Assembly: GCA_000091205.1 (NCBI GenBank)
Contig: AP006502.2
Origin: Cyanidioschyzon merolae
Taxonomy: Eukaryota
Reading direction: 5' to 3' (one strand)
DNA length: 64,000 nucleotides
Part shown: positions 30,254 through 44,500 of the stretch, piece after piece
Position numbering within the stretch: the stretch's first letter is position 1
Layout of the letters: every line of letters starts with the position of its first letter
Position numbers and translations under genes: made by a program
Notes under the pieces: model-generated
What the model was told of the DNA's origin: nothing
The model's input: only the letters and a program-made list of their open reading frames with translations
Database searches by the model: none

Positions 30254-33200
30254 ACGAGTACAGAGTGAGAGCAGTACCATTTAAGAGATTGTAGAACCTT
30301 AATTTCAGTGGGCCTGAGTTACGGAACACCATAATCGTTTATCGCTAGCAACTGCTGGGGGGCTCGTTTCTGGTGTATATATATCTATGGCGCACCAGCT
30401 TTGCTGGAATGCCGAACCGTACCAAACCATACCATACAAGTGCGTTGCTCCAAGCGAGAATCCAATACCCTTTCCCTTGGCCTCTGAAAGAGTTCAGTCC
30501 AAGCCCATAGCTTTTCCGCAGGATGCGCATACTGAGCATCACACGATTCCCTCGAAAAGTTCGGTCGAAACAACGCTGTCAGACGCTCGGGCAGCACGAG
30601 GCATTTCCGCATTGTGACCGCGATGTTGTCGTTTCTGTGCATATATATCGCTTTGGCTCATGGTTGCTCGTGGAATTACACGATACCAAGCATCTCAGTT
30701 GTGTTTTCCTCGTCATCCAACGTTCGCCCAGAGCTTACCTTACACCATCTCGTGTGTGCGTCTCCGTTTTGCGTCCCTTGCCTCTACTCGTTTCATCTTG
30801 AACTCGTGCTCGTAATACGCGCGTGCTAGCCTGGAAGAATCGATGGGAATCATACAGAATAGATTCCCGCACTTATCATACACTTCCGTGGAAGGAGCAG
30901 AAGTGCTGGCCTTGCGCGTCACAGCACGCTCTGCGAAGCGCGCTACCTCCAAACGAAGCGACTTGTCGATCGTTTCCTTTCCCAAATTGCTGAACGAGAT
31001 GAAGAATGCATGTTTCTTGTTGCGATTCATCGGAAACCGTTGAATACGCTTGCACGGTCCCATATACTCCTGTAAAATGTCGTCTGCAAGCACCAGGTGG
31101 ACGCTCAGTTCTCTTCTGCATGAATTGCCAAAAGTTTTCTTGTGTTCGATAAGGGTCTCAGTGCCTCAATGCGGGTCTTGAAGCAGTTATTCCACGAGTT
31201 AGTATGCCTGCCGACGTCCATCATGCCCGCTCTTCTATAATACTGGGCCCCGGAGAAGTTCAGCAGTTTCACCAGATTATCGCTCTAGTCTTTTGCTCGG
31301 TCCAATTGATTTTGGGGTACGGCGACGGCTACAAAGACTTTTAGCGGAAGTTCAGGCCCACGAATAAGACTTCCTCTATATCTACCCTGAACTACTGAAA
31401 AAGAATCTCGTAGCTCGATTCATGCGAAGTATTTGAAAAGTGCATGCAGATTCATGTTCCGTAGGCCTCCATGCTCGATGTAAACCTCTTTCCATTTCCT
31501 TGCTATAAGAGCGAGACCTTGGACGCGCTCCGCAAACGCTCTTCGCAAAGTTCTGGAAATGCTTTAATCATGTTCGCAGAGGCTAGTTGCTGTTCACTCC
31601 GTAGGACATGCAGTACAGAAGTGCATATACTGAGATAGAGGGTCTTGATTGGACATTTGGAAGCCAAGCGGAACACAGTTTTGTCGTGCCGACGGCGCTC
31701 GGATGCGAGAAGCGTTCGTCGCTCATGAAGGCGCAATGCAAGATAAGACAGTGGCGCGAAATGTACTCCAGGTATCGCGTTTCGACCATCCTTGGAATAC
31801 GATGTTTTTCGGTCCGCATCCGAGAACAATACGATGAGTTTGATCGATCGTTTTCTTCTGGACGCTTTTTCCGAATTCGCCACCATCAGCTCTTCCATCA
31901 GTCCCGACTTTTCTGTTTGAGTGTGATGAGGCTGGGACAGTGATAGAGCGGTAATTATGAAGAGTTGGATATTGAGCCGCATATTGTTTTCGGTATCGAG
32001 GATAATCTTATATTTTTAAGCACCTGCGCTATATATGATGCTTTCGCTGAGTTGCCACTGCGACGCGTCAAGGTATTCTGAGAAGCACGTGAGCAGCTCC
32101 TGGTCCAAAGATCAAGCCTGATTGCGTCTTCTGTCGACAGCACCAGTCGCACTGCAGCACGAAGGTGTGATCGAAAACGGTTCCGAATGAATGTGAATAG
32201 CTAGTGGCTCTGAATCCGCAACTCGTACAAACAGTTACTCGATGAGTTGTGTCATAGCGATAGAACCGAAGCGAGCCCTGGACGAGTTAGTAGCTCCATG
32301 ACCTATGATAACTTCCCGTATCTTACGATTTTTCTCAGATTCATTCTTTTGATGCGTTCTTGTTCGTAGACTTGGACAAGGCTTTGAACCGGTCTTGCTG
32401 TACAGAGAGTTTTTCCATTCTTTTCGTCCCAGTCCCTTGTTCGGGAGAATCTGTCTCACCTTTCTCAGGTAGTTTCTTCTCCTACTGTTTTGCAAGGTGG
32501 GGTGGTATGAATTTGGCCGCTGTACTCCAAATCTGAGTTATTCCTCGGGATTCGAACGCAAAGCGTAGATGATGGGCGCCATGCTAGCCGGTTGTATCGA
32601 TGTATATCTCCACTTCTCGTCGAGCAATTGTTCATCGTCTTCCGTTTAGCGAGCACGCCGCTGACCGCACCGCACTATTCCGCTTCCTCCTGCGTACGAA
32701 GAGAGAATCAACACAGACGGGAAGGGGAGGCGAAGCCAGAGAACGACATGTCGAGCAACGATTAGTCGACGAACTTCTGTGTCTTGTGTGCGAAAGACTC
32801 GTCTATGGACCTGCGAGCTTCAAAATGGCATGTTAGGACAGAAAAGACGCTTTCGACTGGATTGGACCAAGTAGAGCAGGCCGGCAGGACAAGCGACTCA
32901 ACGCCTATCCCAGCTGCGCAGGAATTTACCGCTCATGAGTAATGAAAACCTAACTTTGTGTAAATGCATAACAGAATATTGTCGTAAGCAGAAGCTGCGA
33001 ACTAACTCGATGAAGAAATCCGGTCGCTGTACGATCCTCTATTCTTGGTGACTTGTAGGAGGCCACAAGATCGAATCGCCGCTAGAGCGGATGTCATTGG
33101 AATGCGCACATGTCCCTTCTTAACGAAAACTGAAGAGACCCGCTTCGAGGTACCCATATTTAGGTCTGCGTCCTGTTCTGAATAAAGCGTTATCGACTGA

Positions 33201-35437
33201 GAGGATAAACTCGACGCTCCAGTGATAAGCGCTCGCGTTGCAATACGAAATCGACAATGTGTTCTTCAATTAGCGACCGCGCCCCCGAAGAGCGTACTTC
33301 TTCCCTTGTCCATCCGTATCTCTTCATAACAGTTCGTATCGAGGTTGCGAGGACTTCATATCCTGTGGCTTCTTGTGCATTGTTTCTTAGACGACGTATT
33401 GGGTGAAATGTATCGACAAGGCTCCAGTCGTAAAATTAGACTTGATCAATTCGTTTTTGGGTGCAGAATGTTCAGGATAAGGACTACGAGAAGCGTATGC
33501 GTCTACCTGCTGACCATGAAATCAATGATTCAAAGAAATTAGGCCCTTCTTCTCATTCACGGTGTGACATAGAAAGTCTTTCTGCGAAAATCTTCGATTC
33601 CTGGGGACGCATTTCTTTGTTGAGTGCATACGAGCAAAAAAAACAAATACAAAAAGGCTCTCCTGCTACAGGTGTACCAGAGTTGTCGATTCAGAGTATA
33701 AAAACACCTGCTGGAGCTTGTTCGTGCCCGATGCCTTTAAAAGGCGCCACCAGCTCGTGCAGTACGGATCATGCGGTTTTAACTTAGGTACTGTTTCAGA
33801 TGCTTCCATTCCGAGCATGGTCATCGCTCCGTTCATTCGGAAAGCATTCTTCATTGAGTGATGCAATGACAAGTGTGCACAAACAGCATCGATAGATTCC
33901 TGACAAGTGCCACAGCCGCGCACATCGATAGCTTTCATTGCGTCAAGGCCGATTGCGCTTTCGGTCACTGGAACGCGCCAAGCTGCAGACGCTTCCGGCA
34001 ATCAATATGAACCACCAATTCCAACGCATAAATAGCGTCGCTCGAGAAGTTTGCAAACGGAAACCCATGCTTTCGGGATGAAAGACGCTCACTGACTCAG
34101 GTTACTATGTCGCCGAAAAGCCCGGTTATCGGCAACAACCTATAGGTGCATCCATCGCGCATTGCAGCACATTTTATGCTGAACTCAGAGATCCCTATCC
34201 GCGAGCAACATGAACTGCATGCTTCATCCAAGGCAAAGCCGATGTCCTGCCTGCTGGTTGGTGACGACGAGCGGCTTTCCCGAATGATCCATTGCTGGGA
34301 AGAAGAATGCCGGAAGCTGGCCTTCGAAGGGAGTTTTGGCATCAGTTCCGTCGCTCTGTTGCACCATCTTCATGGGCACGTGCTTTGGATGCAGTTGTCG
34401 AGAGACTGTCTCGCATCCTCGCGAAAATTGGCAGCGATAATAAGAAAAGAACTTGTATCACCGCTGAAAGTTTTTCGTGCTGGTCCACAGATACTCTATC
34501 CAAGCGCTAAAATCAGGATGCACTACAGGTCAATGGTTACCGAGTTATCTGTGTAAAGAAGGCATGCTCTGAAAGACAATGTAGACTTAGATGGATCGAG
34601 CGTAAAGAAATATCTAGCAGGGCACCGAGTCTCAGGCGCGATGCTAGAAATGAGTTGCGTCGACGCCAGGCCCAAGCGGGCTCCCTGGGCAAAAGCCCCC
34701 AAAAACAGGAACGCACACGTGTATACTTGCGTATCTTTATGCATGGAAGTGCGTATCTATGAACATGCATAGGAATGCGCAGAGACGCTTTGAAATTTAG
34801 GATTCCGCGGTTTCAAGGCTCGCCATACTGCAACGTGCACGCTGCTAATCTTGGCATCGGCATACAATGAAACGATTTCCTGATTCCGAGCATATTTCTG
34901 GTAACGAACACAAGAGCCACCGCAGGAGCATGTTCATCGTCTATTCTTTCCAAAGCGTGGTGGAACGACAACGTTTTCGTAGAGCCAACGACGACTACGT
35001 TAAAGGTGCAGAGGCCAATCGTCGTTGTTCGCCAGGTGTTTTCGGACTCGCATGAGACGAACCTCTCTGCTATCGTCATATATTTATACGTATTCGAGGT
35101 CGCGTAATGAGGCACTGCGTAGCATGCTGAAAAGAACATCATGGACAGCGCGAAGAGGGACAGTTTCACAGCGGTTAAGGGCAGACGCTCATGGATATCG
35201 CTCAGAATCCAAGTCAATTTTTCTGGGTGGTATGCCATACTACCCAAACAAGATAGCGTTTCAGAGGAGGCGCCAGATCTATGGACTGTTTATGGTACTG
35301 TGCTGTACGCAAATCGACCCGGTCGCACTGCAAGTATCCTTGAAGCGCCAGCCGTGCTCTTGCTCCTTGTTCAGGACGTTCGCAGCGCTCCAGACGCCTC
35401 TCCGGATGCCGATGGACACTGCAGTTTCGGGCGCACG

Positions 35438-37588
35438 TCAGGGCTCGGGGCTGAGCTCCCGTTGGCGACGTTTCCGTTTCTCCCGGAGTCGTTCGCGATC
35501 ACGACGGCGGTCTTCAGCATCCACCGCAAGCCGCTCTTCCAGTAAGCGCGCGGCATACGCTGCGTGTTCTTCTTGCAACCACCCCGGCCGGAATGATTCT
35601 TGCACATTCTCCTTGTCATGGTTAGGAGCTAATGATGATTGGTGACGACGTGCGTTCTGCGCCTCATTATCCTCATCTCGCTGCTCGCAGAGATGTGCGT
35701 TTTCTCCACGTACGCTGAAGAATATTTCTTCTTCGGATTCAACCGCGGCATCCATAGCTGCAGAAGACGTCGCCGGTGCTCCTGCTTCCGCCAATTCGGA
35801 TCTCGAAGTGGCCTCCGCGGCACTAGTCGCTGCTCGTGTTTCAAGTCGTTCTTGTCGATATCCATACACGTCACGAGCGAGGCGCTCGTCCGACTGCTTA
35901 GAATCTGTCACTGCCAAAAGCAACTGCGATGGTGCAGCTGCAAGACCCCAGCTCAGCGCAAGCGCCTCGGCATCTATTTCCGTGACGTCGAAAACATCCT
36001 TGTCAGCCTGGATGGCAATGTGTCGGAGATAGGTTTCCAGGCCGCGCTGCACGATATACTTGAGATGGGCATCGGCAGCGACGATCGCAGACACCTTTTT
36101 CTGGACGTCGATGTAAGAATTTGCTCGGATCCGAACGCGTTGCAAACTCACTCCAGTACGCTTGTAGATTTTCTGAACCAATGTCTCCTCTTTGCCACGA
36201 GTCAGAAACAGAAGTGCGCGTCCGTCGCGTTGGTACCGAGCAGTGCGACCCACCCGATGCACGTAGCTGGCGACATCCTCCGGAGCATCCACTTGGAGCA
36301 CCCAGTCGAGGTCGACAAAGTCGAGGCCGCGTGCAGCCACATCCGTTGCGAGCATGCAGGCAGCTGGTGCTTCGGCAAATCGTTCATACATCTGCAAACG
36401 ACTTGAGAGCTTCATTTGACCATTCATGTAGAGTACGGGTAGCCCGGGCCGCATGCGACACAGAATTTGGTAACAGGCTCGCACCTGTTTGCAGGACGTG
36501 AGAAACACCAAAATTTTCTGCTTCAGATGCGAACGGAGGAAGGAATACAACAAGCTCAGCTTCATGAAAGCACCATCAAGCACCACATAGAGTTGTTCGA
36601 GACGCTTTGGCATATCGTAACCATCTACTTGCTCCTGATCACGAAGCGCAATGTACTCGGGGTCGTGCAACGAAAGTCGCGCCAAGCCCCGAACAGACCG
36701 AGTCTGGGTAGCGGAGAAGAGCACCGTCTGGCGGCCTTCTTCAGGTGTAGCAGGGTTGCGCCTCGAGGATTTGAGCTGCTGTATAATAGCATCGATAGTC
36801 TTTGCAAAGCCGAGGTCGAGGATCCGGTCTGCCTCGTCGAGGGCAAGGAAGCGCAATCGGTCCGTGGTGAAGTAGGGCGTCTCGTCGAGGTGCTGCAGAA
36901 GACGCCCCGGTGTTGCGATAAGGATGTTCATATACGGGAGGCGGTCACGCTCTTCGTCAGTGCTGCGACTCCCGCCGATCAGCAGACCAGCAGAAAATGT
37001 GTGAAATCTGCCAACATTCTGCAGGACTGCGAAAATCTGATATGCTAGCTCCCGAGTGGGCGTGAGGATAACGGCACCAAGACCGTCTAGTTGACTCTGA
37101 AAGCCGTCCAAGTAAAGTCTTTCAAGAAGCGGTACCAAAAAAGCGAGCGTCTTCCCAGAACCTGTTCTAGCGGCGCCGAGCAAGTCCCGACCCGCCAGAG
37201 CATACGGGATCGCTGCCCGTTGAATGGGAGTCATTTTTGTGTAACCGCTTACTTTTAGACCTTGAAGGGTTCTTCTGGAGAGTGGAAGCTCGCTAAAGTC
37301 TCGGGAACTCGACAGAAATCGCAGCCGATCTGTTGGACTCGCTGCGGAGTTCTCACCGAGTACCTCTCGGAGCTGCGCTCGTCTCTGCTGAAGCTCCGCC
37401 AGTTCTGCAATCGCATCTAGTCTGCGAGACTTTCGCTTCGATATTTTTGGCGGCGCACTTTGCTTCTGTTTCAGACCCATTTTCTTCAACAAAGCGTGTT
37501 TATCGTTGCGAACAATAACGTCGACGAAAACGTACCGAGGGTGGAACGACGAGAAGCACCGGTGCACAGCGGAGGCCGTTGCAATCAA
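35438..37588 (-). CDS. DBP4: DEAD-box ATP-dependent RNA helicase, Dbp4/DDX10 family. The probable start is the internal Met at ~37480 (MGLKQKQ...).
   Basis: Q-motif ...TPIQRAAIP; motif I ARTGSGKTLAF; Ia PTRELAYQ; TPGRLLQHLDETPYF (a DDX10-type block); II LDEADRILDLGF; III SAT; LSLLYSFLRSHLKQK; V ARGLDF; VI HRVGRTAR; basic Arg/Glu-rich C-terminal tail. Confidence 0.9.
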   Translation of the reverse strand: MIATASAVHRCFSSFHPRYVFVDVIVRNDKHALLKKMGLKQKQSAPPKISKRKSRRLDAIAELAELQQRRAQLREVLGENSAASPTDRLRFLSSSRDFSELPLSRRTLQGLKVSGYTKMTPIQRAAIPYALAGRDLLGAARTGSGKTLAFLVPLLERLYLDGFQSQLDGLGAVILTPTRELAYQIFAVLQNVGRFHTFSAGLLIGGSRSTDEERDRLPYMNILIATPGRLLQHLDETPYFTTDRLRFLALDEADRILDLGFAKTIDAIIQQLKSSRRNPATPEEGRQTVLFSATQTRSVRGLARLSLHDPEYIALRDQEQVDGYDMPKRLEQLYVVLDGAFMKLSLLYSFLRSHLKQKILVFLTSCKQVRACYQILCRMRPGLPVLYMNGQMKLSSRLQMYERFAEAPAACMLATDVAARGLDFVDLDWVLQVDAPEDVASYVHRVGRTARYQRDGRALLFLTRGKEETLVQKIYKRTGVSLQRVRIRANSYIDVQKKVSAIVAADAHLKYIVQRGLETYLRHIAIQADKDVFDVTEIDAEALALSWGLAAAPSQLLLAVTDSKQSDERLARDVYGYRQERLETRAATSAAEATSRSELAEAGAPATSSAAMDAAVESEEEIFFSVRGENAHLCEQRDEDNEAQNARRHQSSLAPNHDKENVQESFRPGWLQEEHAAYAARLLEERLAVDAEDRRRDRERLREKRKRRQRELSPEP

Positions 37589-40500
37589 TGATTCCGTCGT
37601 CGCCTTCTTCCCGTGCAGTACAGGCTCGCAGGGAAGCAGGTTCAGCCGGCCGTTTCAGCGTGTTCGGAGACAGTCTCTACGTAGAAATTGTGTATTGTAA
37701 GGAGTGCTACTCCAGGACGACGTTTGCAGAGGTTTCGATCGCTGGCGGAGCTCCAAGCCTAGCACGGGAAAGGCCTGTAGATGTTTCAGATAAACCTCCG
37801 AGGCAGCGTGGCTGCCGCCTAGAGCCTCGGATCGGAACGGGGAGGCTTTCGGGGGAACGGTTTGAAAGTGTTTGCGATGTTACACAGCTGATTTTCATAA
37901 GGCGGAAGTTGGATGCGGAGTCAGCACCTGACTCCGCAGCCAACTTCGGGAAGAGCAGGTGCCCGGACTCGGAACCTCGCAGGAGCCGCCTACCGCGCAT
38001 GGATTTGGCACGGCACGCTGTGAGCATCGTCGCAGCAGTGAACGGAGCTGGCAAACTAAGGTGCTTGATGAAGATGTTGGGCGCGCTGCCTTTACTCCAG
38101 TGACGAATTCGTCTGCAAGCCCTGGCGAGCACCCCGCGGTACCTCGACAGCGTCAGAGGCCGTTGACTACGCCAAGCAGTATGCGCTGGTGACTCCATCC
38201 AGAAAATGTCGACCGCTGGCGAAACAGCGAAACATGCATGCTGTTCATGTAGTGTGAGCAACCTTTCCAAAGACCCATAGCCAATATTCGACTGCGATAG
38301 CGCTCGCGATCTCCGCTGGGATTTAGACACCTCAAGGCTTTAGGTGTTGGATATGCCTACCTGCTTGCCTGCATGATCCAAGGTGGAAACACGTTACTGT
38401 GGGTGCTTGGCAAAGCGTCGCGCAGGACTGCTCTCTATATCTTTGTACATTGCATCAATGCGTATAGCCATCCGCACAAGGAACGACGGCGTTGCCGCGT
38501 TCCAGACGCAAGCCCTATGCCTTCTACTTCATTATCAGGAGTGCTCCCGCAAGTTTGTGGCGATAGTACAAGTATGCTGGTTGCATGCACGTGCACATGG
38601 AAGGTGCTCTGTCCATTCAGCTTGGGGACGCTCCCATGCATAAAACAAAGCGTAGAGAGGCAACATGGTTGTGCGTGATCGAGGGGTACAGAGCGGTCCT
38701 GGAGAATGCAAGCGAAATGAACTTTCTCACTCCTTGTTTGGATTCGTAACACTCGGTTTCCCTGCAAGTAGTGAATTCTCGGCCTAGCGCTATCGGATTT
38801 CAGCGCCACAATGACCATCTTTGGTGCATGTCCTGAATATACACCTGATGCAAGGATCGTAGCACCCTATGTTTGCGCAGTAGCTGACCATGCCTGAGCG
38901 CAACGAACGATACGTCGTCTTGAAGAGGGCCTTGTGGCGCAATACGCAAATAGACGATGTTTACTTCTAATTGAGCGTGCCTGACCCCTGATATCGGCAA
39001 TCATTATGCACGGGTCAGGCACTGATCGAGGAGCGCTCGCGAGAGACAGATACAGGCAGGGCAACAGGATTTCATGACCATTGCTGCAAGCCAATTCACT
39101 CTATCGGAAACAGTGAATCAGAGTGAGTACGAATGTTCCGGCACACAGAACGCGTTTTCAAGCATGCTTCCGGCTGGTGGAGCTCGGCTTGGATTGGCTG
39201 TTGCCGAAATAATGCTTAATATTGCGTTTCAGATTAAAACGGAATACTGAACGTCTCGCTCTCTTCCTGCCATTCGAATTGTCCGAAGATTTTCACGTAC
39301 GGGCCCGAGGTTGGAGATGCAGCTATCAGGGTTTCCGGATTCATGCGTAGTTTAAGGTTATGGGTCGAGTTTCCGAAGTTGCTGCTTCTACGTTCTGCCG
39401 CCGGAATTCCTTTTGTCACTGTCATCAAGGTGATTGGCGACTCCCTCGACCAAGCTTTCATACAATAACCGATATCGTTATCCAATGCATACGTAATAGC
39501 CTCCATTCTTCTCTTTTCCTTACAAGTAGCATGGTCAGGTAAAGCATTCTCTAAGTTTTCGATCTTTCTCTTTCAAGGCAACGCGTGAGTGCACTTATTT
39601 GCACCGCTTGGTTGACAACTGAAATACTCAACTACATTAGTTGAGGACTGTTCATAAGCTCATGCGGAAAGGTTGCTGAATTTGTCACGTCAAACAATCG
39701 ATTCCATTCGAAATAGAACGCTTCCCTTATTCGTGTTCGTTGACGAATCAGGATACGATAGCAGCATCATGCCTCTAAGAATATACGCTCCGAGAGACAT
39801 CGATCTTTTCTCTTCGCATGCACTGAGGTCTTGGAGCCAGACCCTAATCCTCGCAGCGATCGCTCGTGCTAAAGAGCGCATTATCGTTTTGATGAACGAG
39901 AGCAGAAACGGATCGACTTTCCTCCAGCCTGGATTTTCCTTCCGATTTTCTTTTCATCATAATCAACATCGTGTTCCACAAACGATCTACCGAATAGCAG
40001 CACGTGCGCTTGCACGTTAAACAGACATACTAGTCGCCGAGTGGATCACCCAGAACAAGCCTGTGTCCGTAAGATACGTCACTAGGTGCGAAATCGGAGG
40101 AAGGTTCGCCCAGGCGAGCCCTGTCTACACGTCATGGGCACTACCGAGCAATGAGGCAAGCCGTAACGCACCACGGGGTTGAACTCGTTGAACGATGTGT
40201 GGTGGAGATATGGAAACGCCTAGCCACAGTCAAGTGTGAATCCTGCGAAGGTCGCATTCATGTTGCGTATCCAGAGGGCGAGCATTGCGAACGAAGCGCA
40301 GATCACAACTACCATCCGTGCACGAATTTCTTTGACAACGCCTGGAATCAGCAAATTCAGGACTTGAACACTGCAATCAGCACCCTTCGACTGCTGACAA
40401 CCAAGCCGGAGCGACAGGACAGACTAGCGTATTCAACGCCCCAGATAATAGACGCGAACGTGAAACCCCCACAGAAATAGCCTGCGAGGGCTGGTGTTGA

Positions 40501-41575
40501 TGACAGCAGACATAGAACCGCTGTTGAAAGTGGGCAACCAAGTTGGAGGACCTATCCCATTTCGGTCTGAAACGTGGTTTCAGAATGCGCCCTGTTCACT
40601 GTCGACAGTGTTCCGATGCGATGCGGATTTGTGACGTGTGAGATGCACATCAACGGCTATCAATATATAGTTACTGTGAGGATCTGAGCCTGCGTATACG
40701 ACAACGCTGATCTTCGCCCTGGAAACCGGCAACTTGTAGCGCTCACACTCCCTGCTCGTCGGATACCGCCCAAGTGTGTGCCTCCGCTCTCATCGTAAAC
40801 GCAATTCAGAGTAACCGGTTCTTCTGCGCGCATGCGATCATGACAATCACCAGCGCGCTGATGCGCAAGAGGCATGCTCAGTGAAACCCTGAAAAAACCC
40901 TTTACGCCAGAAAAATCATAGACGACAGGTTCCCCGTTTTTCTACCGATTTGTAGCCATGCCGCTTCCTCTAGCTCCGACGACGATTGAAACAAGGGCAT
41001 GAGAGGTGGTATCGCCATGCCCGAGCGCTTGGAAACCTTCGGTGGAGGCCGCGAACTCTGGACTTGGGTCGATGGTACTTTCTTGAGAGATGTCCATTTC
41101 ATTCATTATAGATCTAAATTGTCCAAAGTGATGCTCGCGTCGATGCCCGGCAGGCTTCGCTGTGCGAGTCGAAGGATGGCGATTTGAATTTCGTTGCTTG
41201 GGTCAGCGCGGTGCTCCAGAGGCGCTCAACCGGGCCTCTTCCGCAGCACCTGAGCATATCCCGGTCAACCAAACGAGGGAACTGCTTGAAACGTTACTTA
41301 AAGCTAGTGCTCGTATCGGAACGTTCCTCCTTGTTGAAGTGAACGGGAGGACGGTGTTTGCCCGGGTTCTAACTTTGGTCTGGGAAGAGCCGAAAGCGTC
41401 TTGTTTACGGTGCGATCAGTTTTCAGCCAACCGGCAAGTTGCAGCTGGGACGGGAACTCTCGAGACTTGTAGATCACTTGGAAAAGAGCGCTGTTCGCTG
41501 ATTAAAGGACAGCAGCAAAGAGAGGTCCCGAGGGTTTTGTGTTGAGATTTGTCGAGCGCTTGAGCAGACAACTGG

Positions 41576-44500
41576 ATGCCTCCAGTTGACACCGTTGCGA
41601 ACGAAGCAGCGGATGCATCCGCGGCTGCGAGTTCCGAACTTCTGTCTGTCGTCTCGGCTACGAATGCACAAAAAGCATCTTCTCATGACGAAAGCACTCA
41701 AGTTTCGACCATTTCCTCGCAACTGGCGGTAGACGACGGAGCTGAAGCCGCAGCCAAAGTGGCACTCACATCCGAGCAACCGGTATCGGCAGCAGAGCCG
41801 TCCGCTCGACCTGGTCTCGACGGCTGCATTGAGAAACCTCGTGGAGAACTGGCTGGGCCCAATGATTGCACTTGTACTGCAAACCCCGGGACCGAAAGTC
41901 AGCCAGGCAGAGATGTTGTTCGTAGCCCAGCCGAATGGCCCGCGAGCGATGATGCCCTCCTCCGTGAAAAGATACAGCAATGCCCCAGGATGGACTGGAA
42001 CCAAGTCGCTCTTGCTTTCCAAGGCAAATATACTGCATCCGAGTGTTCTCAGAGATGGCGACAGCTTGCTGGGCGGCGTCATCTAAAAGGGGCCTGGTCG
42101 CCCGAAGAGGATGCGCGAATCATCGATCTTGTCCAGAAGCTCGGCGAAAAGAGCTGGAGTCGCTTGGCCACCTTTCTCGAGGGGCGTACGGGTAAACAAT
42201 GCCGAGAGCGCTGGTTCCACCATTTGGCCCCAGGCGTGAACAAAGCGCCATGGACAGAAGAAGAGGAGCGCATTCTTCGTGAGAAACACGCTGAATTTGG
42301 CAATCGGTGGGCGATGATTGCCCGTTTTCTTCCAGGTCGATCAGACAACACAATCAAGAATCACTGGAACGGGACAATGAGACGTGAAAGAAGCCGTCAA
42401 GAACGACTGAAGCGGCGCGAAGAGATGGAGAGGCGCAAACGGGAGAAGGAGCAAGAGCGTCAACGGGCGAAAATGGAGAGAGAAGCGAAAAAACGTGCTG
42501 AAACGGAAGCGAAAGCCCGGGCTTCGTCCGAGCAGCCCACTGGAAAGCGTGCGCGAGTTCATGCTGAAAATTCTCAGTTACACACCGCAGCTTCCAAAGA
42601 GCGCAAGCAGGTTGCTTCGGCCAGCGCCCTTCGAGATCTTAGTAACTTGCCGGAACCTGCGAGAAATGTGCATGTTGACACGCACCCGTTTCAAGCTGAA
42701 ATGTTCACACCAAAGGCGGCGCGTGCTGCCCCCTGCGCGGAGACCGATGCGGATTGGTTGACCTATTCAACACCCTTTGCGGCATATCAGGGAGGACCCT
42801 CCATCTCTTGCGCTCTTCCGAACACAGCGGCAGCTCCAGAACAATATAGCCGCGTTCTACATTCCGAAAGACGCGCCGGTCCATCGCTTGCAGGTGCGGC
42901 TTCAGCTGGGACGATGATGTCTATGCCATGCAGTTCGGCGAGCAACACAGGTATGGTGCATCCACACGGTCCCGCTTCGTGCTGGACTCCGGTTGCCTTT
43001 CCTGGAAACTTGACGCCAGACGCCCTTTTGAATGAGAGCTGGGCAACGAGCGCGAATCTTACCGCATACGGTATCCTGGATACGAGCTCGGGGCCCTTCA
43101 TGGCATCGCCGGTCGCCATGACTCCGAGCAGCATGGCCGCATTCTCAGCAGTCGCAGGTACGCATCTTGGGATATTTACACCAAATCCCTCACGCGCGAT
43201 GGGATTTGCAATCGCCCCAGGCTCCAGTGCTCCGCAAGAGAAGCCACCATCGACGCCTCTTCGTGTTGTTGCTGGATCGTTTACGCCCATGACGCGTTAC
43301 ATGGATGTAAGCGCCGGCTGCTCATCGGAGCAAAGAGAGCGCGAAGCTGCCCAGACTTGCGGGCCCATGGTATCCCAAAACACGGCACATGGAGACCTCA
43401 GACAGGCCGGTCCATCCAGTGCTGGTGATCGGAGCATAATTTCAGCGGAATTCGTTTCGAAAACGTCGGATGATGCCATGAGGCCTGTCACTGGTCCAGA
43501 AGCGCGTGTTCGCGAGATGCCCGTCCATGCTGGTCGTTCAGATGAGAGGCAAACTCCGATCCGTATGCCGCACTTTGGCGCAATGGTAGGCGGCCGAATG
43601 TCGACGCCACACCCGTCCTCCTTGGGTCAAGCGCTGGATGCCTCGGAGGGCTTCGAGAGCCATGCCCAAGCGCCAGCGTTGAGTTCTGGCACCCACTCGA
43701 CCATGCTGCATGCTGGCCCGGCTGTGAGCGGGCGGCAGCCGATACCACCACCTGCCCCATCTGGCAAGCCCTGGTTCTCGCCTATGTATGGAACGCGGCC
43801 ACTGAGTTCCCCGCAGCATCCCGGTAGCCACAGTCACGCCACTACAGATGCATCACGGCGATTCCGGGGGTCTACGTATCATGTTTCCTTTACCACGAAC
43901 AATACTGGAGCTACGAGCGCCTCGACGATCGGTGGAACCTTCACGGGTACTGCTGCAAGCCGCCATCGATCCTTGCTCAACTGGGGGCACGCCAGAGACT
44001 TTCCTGAAGCGCGGCAAGCAGTGGCCTGCAGCCCCTCCGCACTTTTAGTGAACACACCCGCAGATGGCCAAGCACGGGTCGGAATCGATTCTTCGGCATA
44101 CCGGGCGAGGTATCTGGCCCGCGTTGCTGAGCATGGCCTTTCAGCGGAGCGGACGCAGCAACCAGGTTCGATAACCTGTGCTACCGACCAGGACGAGCTG
44201 AGCAGCTCGTGGGCTCATCTCCCGTGTACGCCACTGCCCGCGACACCGCTGCACAGCCTGCTCCTCTCCGAGAAGGCCTTCGAACATATCATGCCAAGCG
44301 ATAGCGGGAATGACTTTCTTGGTCCCGCACGGCTGATGGTGAGCAGTAGCCCCGCTGAACATAGGCAACCGTCACCGGTGGCGCATTCGAGACCGGGAAC
44401 GCCCGTCCAGAGCCTTCGTGAAAGGTTCCTTCAGCTGCCGTCAGAGCCGCCGACTTCTCCCGGAGAGATATCCGCTTTGCGAGCTCCGGACTGGGCACCA

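Noticed and set aside
30740-31093. 117-aa minus ORF (MLADDILQEYMGPCKRIQRFPMNRNKKHAFFISFSNLGKETIDKSL...) that looks like a small globular protein.
   Set aside because: I could not match it to SRP9/14, roadblock, Sm or other small-protein families from memory. Without a profile hit it stays an unannotated ORF rather than a feature.
35639-36406. 255-aa plus-strand ORF antisense to the DEAD-box helicase gene. The same pattern appears antisense to the Myb gene (42787-43290) and to the 805-aa gene (21142-21890).
   Set aside because: They lie fully inside strongly supported genes on the opposite strand, have a Cys/Arg-rich composition with no motifs, and are typical antisense shadow ORFs in GC-rich coding DNA.
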